From Basidiobolus meristosporus CBS 931.73 (taxonomy: Eukaryota > Fungi > Basidiobolomycota), in NCBI GenBank assembly GCA_002104905.1, contig MCFE01000652.1:1-49613 (forward strand): DNA of 49,613 bases, given 5' to 3'. The notes beneath the pieces were generated by a model that searched no databases, was not told the DNA's origin, and worked only from the letters and a program-made list of their open reading frames with translations. A program made the translations under genes and the position numbers. Shown here in pieces: positions 40,117 to 49,100 of this stretch; the first letter of the stretch is position 1; every line of letters starts with the position of its first letter.

Positions 40117-42612
40117 TGTTGTAATTATTGAATTGTCACCTAAATATTCATGCTAACTTAGTCACATAGATCTTATTCTGTGATCAGCATTCTGTCCTGA
40201 CTAGATTTCTTGTCGGGATTTACTTAGAATATTTTCACCAAATTATCAGGTACCCAGATTATTATTTTTCTCAAAGTCATCCAAAAGACCCCAAACTTTT
40301 CACACATATTCTTGGGACCTTCCTTAACAAACTCTACACGTTTGTTTCCTCTACTTTATCAAGAGTATAAATACCATACTTTTGATCAATAAATCTACAA
40401 GTGAATAACATGTAAATCTTCTAGTTCTCCACATCACTTCCAATACTCCTCAGAATATTGCAACAGGTTATGAGCCCCGAGCTTGCTGTCCTCTTGGTGT
40501 CTACTATGCTTTGGATCCTTTTCTGCTAGTCTGGAGAAAGACTTTCCGCACTATTGCTCTGCTAAGGTTAAAGAAGACTACCGCTGCTAAAGGACTATGT
40601 TTATGAGGATATTGCTGTGGAGAAGAAGGCCTTGCCTTCAAAAGATGCCTTCAGTAACTATCCAAGTTAGTTATGAAGAAGAGTCAATCAAACTGGCATG
40701 TAATTGTGTCAAGAAATATAGTATGTTGGTGCTCTACCACTACTGAAGAAAATTGCGTAATTCCAGCAATTGAGGGTCCAGATCTACAATGAAATATACT
40801 GCAATATGTATTCATATGACCCCAATTGACTGTTAGACAAGCTCTTGGATAGGATATTATCCTGAATTGCAAAAAAAAATATAGATCATTATTAATGATT
40901 GCCGGAGGAGGATTTTACCAAAAATCTGTTGCCACTCAAAATACAGCTGAGAATGCAAATACTGGAGCTGTTAGCCGCCATTCTGGACTATCTACTGATG
41001 GAAAAAGATCTCAGAAACAAGCTTCCTGAATTGTAAGGATCCCAATGATATATAATACATATATATCCACCTGGAGTACGGATATGTACTACACAATCCA
41101 TTAGAAGAATGCTATAATTGTATCAAGTGTTTTGATACTGAAACCAGTGTACCAGGAGCTAAATATGGAGCTGTTAGACGTGCTATCACTCTGTTTAAGT
41201 CTCAAAACAGCGGGAGAAAGTATTATACAAATTTAGCAAAATCAACTCATGAAGATTCTACCTCCAGCCAAAGGAGTGACGCATATAATTGCAAGCCTGA
41301 TTGGAGTATACAACCAAGCAACAGTTGGTCAGTACACAGCTAAGAGCCACTCAGAAGATAACATAGTACTTTATACTTGTTATATCTATATCACTTATTA
41401 CAGTGGGAGAAAACACTTGGTGATATTTAACTTCTCTGGATCAGATCAGAAGAATTTTGATTGATCAAGTCACCACCAAGTTCTGCAACTCAAAATACTG
41501 ATATATTGGAGTCTGATACCGAAGTATTGATGAAGCTAGCTATCAAATGCAGTTTATTTGATCAAATTTGGTCAACTCTATCAAAAGTTATGAATGATCT
41601 AAGTGGATGCCGATTTTGATTATTTCACTCTCAAATAGTCAGATATTCTGGAACAATGATGTCATGGAGACTCTTGTGCTCAAAAACACCGTGGTCCCAC
41701 CTGCAAGGAAGTCCAGAACCACCCCACAAAGGGAATTATCCCTGGGTCATCAGCAGAAAAAGAAAAGAAGAAAAAATGGAAAATACTACTACCGCAAACT
41801 AGGGTACTTCCCAAATGGTGCCAAAACTTATGTAGGCCATATTTGGACTATCTGGCAATGCAGATATGTTCTATGGAGCCTCTTGTACAAAGTTCTCAAG
41901 CTAGAAACCCCAGAAGAGCCTCAAAACTTCAACAGGATCTGTTAGATATTGTAGTATATATTAGAACAGATTATTTAGTGCAGTAGTCTTGATGTCTGCT
42001 GTCTATGGAGCTGAAAGAAAAAGGTGCAAGGATCAACCAGATGGTTTTTATGGATTCTGAAGACACTGTGAAGATCAGATAGCCTTGGAAACCAAGCTCA
42101 AGGTTGAAAATAACTATCAGGAGAATAAGGATAATCAAAGCCCTTGTTAAGGAGAATCTCACTTCTGGAAAAGCGCCAATCTCTATTCTACAAGTATATT
42201 CTGATAAGACAAAAGCAGCTGTATCAATCCAAATCAGTAGAAGCACTCTAAGAATAGCTACCAAACAACCCATGGTGTTGTCCAATACCAAACTGGGTAA
42301 ATCAAGAAGCAAATGGACTTTGAATCTACCGCATATGAAGTAATCAGTCCAAAGAAAGTTATTGCTATTTAAAGAAGACAAAGATGACCATTCTAGATCA
42401 TATTTGTGGATCTGAATCACTAAACAGACGTGGTTCAAGTGGGAGCAGGCCATCCCAGCTCAGAGTTGAGCAAAAACCTTCTTTTTTTGGCCATGTTATA
42501 TGTGCCACAGTGCCAGGAAACAAGGATAATCCGGATCAGGCGTAAATGACAAAACCTTAACTTGACCCAAAGTAGGTCACTATTTTTTACCTCATATAGC
42601 ATCTATATGATG
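40117..42612 (+). mobile_element. Left arm: non-autonomous Copia-A-related element (LTR 40117-40465, PBS 40466-40477, degenerate internal region), no 3' LTR
   Basis: LTR homologous to the Copia-A LTR, perfect PBS. The internal region has patchy colinear resemblance to Copia gag/pol but no long ORF or catalytic motif. Confidence 0.82.
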
Positions 42613-42964
42613 TATGTCTTATATTATGATAACTGAAGTTTTAATATGATTATATTTTTCATTGTAATTAATCGCTTATATTCACTAACTGATAGTGTGA
42701 TATTTTGATCATTAGATTTTTAGCATATTATATTATTTGTTCTTATTTTTATATTATTACTTGTATATCTAATTGATTTCTATACTATATATTTGATCAG
42801 TTTATTATATCTGATCTATTGGATTTTTATTATTTTTTTTTTATTTTTCATTTAAGTTTTTGTCATTTACGGCAGATCTGGAGTTTCCTTATTTCCAGCC
42901 AACAGTCTAATCCATTTAGACAACTTCACTGTGTGTCCATATTAGGCTCAGGGACAGTTACTTC

Positions 42965-45464
42965 CATCATATAGATGCTATATGAGGTAAAAAATAGTGA
43001 CCTACTTTGGGTCAAGTTAAGGTTTTGTCATTTACGCCTGATCCGGATTATCCTTGTTTCCTGGCACTGTGGCACATATAACATGGCCAAAAAAAGAAGG
43101 TTTTTGCTCAACTCTGAGCTGGGATGGCCTGCTCCCACTTGAACCACGTCTGTTTAGTGATTCAGATCCACAAATATGATCTAGAATGGTCATCTTTGTC
43201 TTCTTTAAATAGCAATAACTTTCTTTGGACTGATTACTTCATATGCGGTAGATTCAAAGTCCATTTGCTTCTTGATTTACCCAGTTTGGTATTGGACAAC
43301 ACCATGGGTTGTTTGGTAGCTATTCTTAGAGTGCTTCTACTGATTTGGATTGATACAGCTGCTTTTGTCTTATCAGAATATACTTGTAGAATAGAGATTG
43401 GCGCTTTTCCAGAAGTGAGATTCTCCTTAACAAGGGCTTTGATTATCCTTATTCTCCTGATAGTTATTTTCAACCTTGAGCTCGGTTTCCAAGGCTAACT
43501 GATCTTCTCAGTGTCTTCAGAATCCATAAAAACCATCTGGTTGATCTTTGCACCTTTTTCTTTCAGCTCCATAGACAGCAGACATCAAGACTTCTGCACT
43601 AAATAATCTGTTCCAATATATACTACAATATCTAACAGATCCTGTTGAAGTTTCAAGGCTCTTCTGGGGTTTCTAGCTTGAGAACTTTGTACAAGAGGCT
43701 CCATAGAACATATCTGCATTGCCAGATAGTCCAAATATGGCCTACATAAGTTTTGGCACCATTTGGGAAGTACCCTAGTTTGCGGTAGTAGTATTTTCCA
43801 TTTTTTCTTCTTTTCTTTTTCTGCTGATGACCCAGGGATAATTCCTTTTGTGGGGTGGTTCTGGACTTCCTTGCAAGGTGGGACCACGGTGTTTTTGAGC
43901 ACAAGAGTCTCCATGACATCATTGTTCCATAATATCTGACTATTTGAGAGTGAAATAATCAAAATCGGCATCCACTTAGATCATTCATAACTTTTGATAG
44001 AGTTGACCAAATTTGATCAAATAAACTGCATTTGATAGCTAGCTTCATCAATACTTCGGTATCAGACTCCAATATATCAGTATTTTGAGTTGCAGAACTT
44101 GGCGGTGACTTGATCAATCAAAATTCTTTTGATCTGATCCAGAGAAGTTAAATATCACCAAGTGTTTTCTCCACTGTAATAAGTGATATATATATAACAA
44201 GTATAAAGTACTGTGTTATCTTCTGAGTGGCTCTTAGCTGTGTACTGACCAACTGTTGCTTGGTTGTATACTCCAATCAGGCTTGCAATTATATGCTTCA
44301 CTCCTTTGGCTGGCAGTAGAATCTTCATGAGTTGATTTTGCTAAATTTGTATAATACTTTCTCCCACTGTTTTGAGACTTAAACAGAGTGATAGCACGTC
44401 TAACAGCTCCATATTTAGCTCCTGGTACACTGGTTTCAGTATCAAAACACTTGATACAATTATAGCATTCTTCTAATGGATTGTAGTAGTACATATCCGT
44501 ACTCCAGGTGGATATATATGTATTATATATCATTGGGATCCTTACAATTCAGGAAGCTTGTTTCTGAGATCTTTTTCCATCAGTAGATAGTCCAGAATGG
44601 CGGCTAACAGCTCCAGTATTTGCATTCTCAGCTGTATTTTGAGTGGCAACAGATTTTTGGTAAAATCCTCCTCCGGCAATCATTAATAATGATCTATATT
44701 TTTTTTTTTGCAATTCAGGATAATATCCTATCCAAGAGCTCGTCTAACAGTCAATTGGGGTCATATGAATACATATTGCAGTATATTTCATTGTAGATCT
44801 GGACCCTCAATTGCTGGAATTACGCAATTTTCTTCAGTAGTGGTAGAGCACCAACATACTATAATTCTTGACACAATTACATGCCAGTTTGATTGACTCT
44901 TCTTCATAACTAACTTGGATAGTTACTGAAGGCATCTTTTGAAGGCAAGGCCTTCTTCTCCACAGCAATATCCTCATAAACATAGTCCTTTAGCAGCGGT
45001 AGTCTTCTTTAACCTTAGCAGAGCAATAGTGCGGAAAGTCTTTCTCCAGACTAGCAGAAAAGGATCCAAAGCATAGTAGACACCAAGAGGACAGCAAGCT
45101 CGGGGCTCATAACCTGTTGCAATATTCTGAGGAGTATTGGAAGTGATGTGGAGAACTAGAAGATTTACATGTTATTCACTTGTAGATTTATTGATCAAAA
45201 GTATGGTATTTATACTTTTGATAAAGTAGAGGAAAACAAACGTGTAGAGTTTGTTAAGGAAGGTCCCAAGAATATGTGTGCAAAGTTTGGGGTCTTTTGG
45301 ACGACTTTGAGAAAAATAATAATCTGGGTACCTGACAATTTGGTGAAAATATTCTAAGTAAATCCCGACAAGAAATCTAGTCAGGACAGAATGCTAATCA
45401 CAGAATAAGATCTATATGACTAAGTTAGCATGAATATTTAGGTGACAATTCAATAATTACAATA
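42965..45464 (-). mobile_element. Right arm: inverted near-identical copy (PBS 45103-45114, LTR 45115-45464)
   Basis: Reverse complement of 40117-42612. The LTRs differ by about 7 substitutions plus 1 indel. Confidence 0.9.
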
Positions 45465-45500
45465 AAGATAACTTGTCAACAGCATTGATAAGGGGAACAG

Positions 45501-45511
45501 TTAGGGTTAGG
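45501..45511 (+). repeat. Interstitial telomere-type repeat TTAGGGTTAGG at an element junction
   Basis: Related motifs at 46932-46939, 47120-47128, 48155-48164, 48979-48989 and 49093-49100. Confidence 0.7.
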
Positions 45512-45517
45512 AGGGAG

Positions 45518-46933
45518 ACAGTCACCAACAGGTGAAATCTTTATTTCAGTTGAAACAAAGAAGCCAGTGCTACTGTTGTAGCTTAGATACAAGAGTGTGT
45601 AGCTGAGGGAAATTTGTAGGTAAGTTTACAAGAAGTGATGATAGTTCTTCAGTGCTCAAGACACTGTTCAGTGGGAAGGGGGGTAGCAAGAGAGGTAAGA
45701 ATGACTTGTGAACAACATTGATGAGGGGAATGTGATAAGGATTGATATTCATCATAAAGGGTGTGTGCTGCTGCAGATATAGCTGCCAAAGGTCTGTCAA
45801 GTACTTCAGGTAGGCCAGCTTGGGTTTTTCTGACTGCAGAATATAATGAGCAAACTTCTTGACTTCAGGATCTCCAAGTATAGTTCTCCAGCAGGAGCCA
45901 GGTGTAGTGTGGTGTGTTCTCTTCCAGGCCTTGATCAGTGGGTTGTTGCAGTGGTGAAGTCTGAGGTATAATCTGGTTCTAAGGTAGAGAAGTCTGATCT
46001 TATAGGGCATTGACCCAAAAGCACCAAGAATAGCATGTCTGTAGGGGCATTCAGGCAAATGAGGCACCAAGGAGGTAATGCACCATACTGCAAACTTGTC
46101 AAGCTTAGTGCAGTCTCTAGAAGTAAGAGAGAGAAGTGGTAATCCAAATTCCAGGACAGAGAAGACAAACTGCTTGAGTAGAAGGAGGCAGCTGGGAGCT
46201 GAAGTTGTAGGAGGAGTAACAGCCAGTAGCTTGTGGAGTGCTTGTCTTGCCAGGATAGTTCTCTTCCTCAGGTGTGCTCCAGAGTCTAGTCCAGTAGGAA
46301 GGAAAGGAAAGCCAAGATATGTAGCAGAAACCTGAGCAGGTAGAGTGGAGTTCTCCAAGTTGGTGGGAGAGCCCAAAGGTACTGTCTTTGCAATGGAAAG
46401 CTGGAGATTATTCTTCTGCAGATACTGGTGGATAGTTGGGGAGTCTTGTTGCACATTGGAGTAGGATATTCTGATGTCATCAGCAAAGAGAGTAACCAGG
46501 CAGTCAGCTGAGAGTCTTGGGAAGTCATTCAGGAAGATGCAAAAAGTATAGGACCAAGCACAGAGCCTTGAACCACTCCATTAGGGACTAAGAACACAGC
46601 TGATTGCTCACTTGGGTGCAGAATTCTTGCTTGTGGATCCAGAAACAGAGACCTGACAAGGAGGGTGAGAGAGGTACTGGAGAAGCATTGCAACTTGGAC
46701 CAAAGCAGATTTCTGTCAACTGAATCAAAGGCCTTAGTAATATCAAACAGAACAGAGGGATACTTGCACTGGAGAGAGTGATTGTGGCTAAGTATGACTG
46801 CATATTCCAAGGAGAGACCAGGAACAAAGCCAAACTGTGCAGGGTGAAACTTGAGGGAGTCAGAGTAGAGCTCCTGAGCAAGCAGAAGCTCAAACACCTT
46901 TCTGCAGGTGGGCAGCAGAGATATTGGCCTGTA
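45518..46933 (-). mobile_element. 5'-truncated non-LTR (LINE-type) RT unit 1 with complete 3' end
   Basis: YRPISLLPTCRKVFE, QFGF, DITKAFDSVD, GVVQGSVLGPILF, LFADD, TYLGFPF. Stop at 45570 followed by AATAAA and a TCACC/GGTGA hairpin. Confidence 0.92.
45570..46933 (-). pseudogene. Reverse transcriptase (RVT_1-type) reading frame, one frameshift at A-run 46541-46545
   Basis: Track ORFs 46529-46897 and 45570-46454 join into one frame (...GPILFCIFLNDFPRLSADCLVTLFADD...) if one base is added to the homopolymer. Confidence 0.88.
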
Positions 46934-46938
46934 GGGGG

Positions 46939-47119
46939 GAAACAGTCACCAACAGGTGAAATCTTTATTTCAGTTGAAACAAAGAAGCCAGCGCTACTGT
47001 TGTAGCTTAGATACAAGAGTGTGTAGCTGAGGGGAATTTGTAGGTAAGTCAATAAGAGGTGATGATAGTTCTTCAGTGCTCAAGACACTGTTCAGTGGGA
47101 AGGGGGGTAGCAAGAGAGG
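46939..47119 (-). mobile_element. About 180-bp 3'-terminal fragment of the RT unit (unit 2)
   Basis: Near-identical to about 45518-45698. Confidence 0.92.
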
Positions 47120-47214
47120 TTAGGGGGGATGATCATCACCAAAGGGTGAAATCTTTATTTAAATAATAGATAAAGAAGCCAAGTTTGAATATGAATATCT
47201 GAGATGCAGGAAGC

Positions 47215-48015
47215 CTACAAGATAAACTTAGACTTTGCTGTATCCCAAATATCCTCAATATCAAAGTCTAGAGGAGAGTGTAGCAAGACTGCTTGTTCAC
47301 TGTAGTATTTCTTGAGGAAGTTTGTGACTTGAAGGGAAGGAGAGTTTTTCAACAAGCTGGTAAATCTTTTGAGGAGTTCTTTTTCCAGAGAGAATGGCAC
47401 AAAGAGTGGAATGTCCAAATGATGTCTGAATATATGCTCTGAGAGCTCCCAATCCAGCATATTTTTGACTTCTTCTGTAAAATCTTCAACAATATCTTTG
47501 TCAAGAATAACTTCCAAGAGATCCCTGGCAATGTACTGAATGTTAATAATCTTAGGCATATGAATACCTAGGTTCTTGAGGTAGTTTCTTTGTTCTGATA
47601 TTGGGAGATATCCTGCATTTCTGAAATAGCAAACAGCCCAGTTGGCAGTAGGAGGAGTATCAGGGCTGACAGGGAATTTTCTTCTAGCTTTAGAGTGCAC
47701 TGGCTTAGGAGACTGTCTTGATGGAAGGGCAGCTGGTTTTGGATGAGCTTGAAGTGCTTGGGAGTAGGTCTGAGTACAAGTAGTAGAAGTTCCTGGTTGC
47801 TGAGAATTTTCAGATTGACTGGATGAAGAGCTAATTGAGGGGTTGCAAGGTAAGGAAGAAGCTGAAAGAGAAGTGGAGAGGGCTGGGTGAAGTTCAGAAA
47901 GAGTTTTGAAAAGAATTTGGATCTGAGATTTCAACATTGAGTTTTCAGCTTCAAGAAGAGAAACTCTTTGTTGAAGGTAAGAAGTCTGTAAAGAGTGAAA
48001 GTTGGGTAAAGACAT
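47215..48015 (-). CDS. Intact 266-aa ORF1/Gag-like protein of a non-LTR element (putative)
   Basis: N-terminal coiled-coil-like segment (QQRVSLLEAENSMLKSQIQIL), Ser/Pro-rich linker with TYSQAL, globular C-terminal region. Co-oriented with the RT units and followed by the same 3' terminal motif. Function is inferred from architecture and context only. Confidence 0.68.
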   Translation of the reverse strand: MSLPNFHSLQTSYLQQRVSLLEAENSMLKSQIQILFKTLSELHPALSTSLSASSLPCNPSISSSSSQSENSQQPGTSTTCTQTYSQALQAHPKPAALPSRQSPKPVHSKARRKFPVSPDTPPTANWAVCYFRNAGYLPISEQRNYLKNLGIHMPKIINIQYIARDLLEVILDKDIVEDFTEEVKNMLDWELSEHIFRHHLDIPLFVPFSLEKELLKRFTSLLKNSPSLQVTNFLKKYYSEQAVLLHSPLDFDIEDIWDTAKSKFIL

Positions 48016-48986
48016 GGAAGTAGTAAATAAGAAGAAAGGAGTAGTTGGGGTGGGAGGGTGGCAAAACTGGTAAGAAGAAAAGAGAGGAAAGATCTGAAAT
48101 TGAAAATCTCAGAATTTATAGATGGATGGACAAGGGTAGAGGATAGATTAATCCAGGGTTAGGGAAAAATAGGTAAGAAGAAAAGAGAGGGTGTAGGTGT
48201 TACAGTAAGGGCTAGGAAAAGGTTAGAAGAGCAAGGGGTCTGGGGGATGCAGTCCCCTAGAGAATAAAAAAGCAGGGGGCTTGGGGGATGCAATCCCCCA
48301 TACTACTCCCATACTCTTTAAATTCCTGTTGGATTACTTTTCTCTCATTCTTGGTTCTGGTCCCTTAGGGTTAGAATTCCTCCTTCTAACCCTTATCACC
48401 CTAACCATAAATATTTTTACTGTACAAGTGGCACATTGTCTGCTCATATAGTGGGCATGTCTGGGCCAATATTTGTCTCCCTATACTGTCCATATGCTCT
48501 GTATAAGTCTTGATGACTATTTAAATAATAAATTGTTACTTTTAATGTATATCTAATAATTAATGGGATTCATCCCCATCTGGCCACAATCCCATATTTT
48601 GATAAGCTTTGGGCACCATAAATTGCGCGGCCCTAATATGATAAAAAAATTCATGGCCAATACAAATTTTCTGTAACCTGATTGCTTTTACCAAATATAA
48701 AATGTATCCCAAAGTTCAATATATATTATGGCTATAATAGAAACTTTATTTGACACAATTGCAAGTACTACTAATGTTCTATGTGCATATGTATCCCGCG
48801 GGAATTGTAAAACTTAGCCACATGGTACAAAAGTGCTTTTATTTTTCATCATGATAGTTTTACATGAGTTCCTAACGCACTTTGAAAGTACACAGTAGCC
48901 ATACCTCAACAGGTTTTAAGGATGTCCACTAGCTATGTCTACTTGTGTCTAGTGGGAGCCATCAATCATCAGCCGCGCTTAGGTTA

Positions 48987-49092
48987 GGGTGTAGGTGTTA
49001 TAGTAAGGGCTAGGAAAAGGCTAGAAGAGCAGGGGGTCTGGGGGACGCAGTCCCCTAGAGAATAAAAAAGCAGGGGGTTTGGGGGATGCAAT
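48987..49092 (-). repeat. Duplicate of the ORF1 upstream segment (about 48188-48293) bracketed by TTAGG motifs
   Basis: GGGTGTAGGTGTTA...GGGGGATGCAAT is shared, a few substitutions apart. Confidence 0.88.
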
Positions 49093-49100
49093 TTAGGGGG

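Larger units (their letters stand above)
40117..45464. repeat. 5.35-kb palindrome: about 2.5-kb arms, 352-bp spacer (42613-42964)
   Basis: Mirrored ORF pairs (40684/44708, 41607/43653, 41971/43124, 42104/43234) and direct sequence comparison. Confidence 0.97.

Noticed and set aside
41971-42453. 160-aa hydrophobic ORF (and mirror 43124-43498) as a captured membrane or envelope protein
   Set aside because: It is the antisense of A-rich degenerate sequence, and the mirror copy is cut to 124 aa by a stop. No motif supports it.
40111-45469. ATCTT/AAGAT as an inverted TSD around the palindrome
   Set aside because: It is offset by one base, and each flank is explained by its own host element (CACTA on the left, RT relic on the right). 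No direct TSD exists.
45570-46933. Penelope-like (Athena/Coprina) RT
   Set aside because: The motifs DITKAFD, GVVQGSVLGP and FADD are non-LTR/LINE type, not PLE type.
48365-48409. Telomerase RNA gene
   Set aside because: Only a template-like 10-mer is present. I saw no pseudoknot or other TER domain, and it lies within a mobile-element array.
48921-48972. Hammerhead ribozyme (CTGATGA on the minus strand followed by a CCACTAG/CTAGTGG stem)
   Set aside because: The required GAAA after stem II is absent (CTTAAAA), and I could not build stems I and III.
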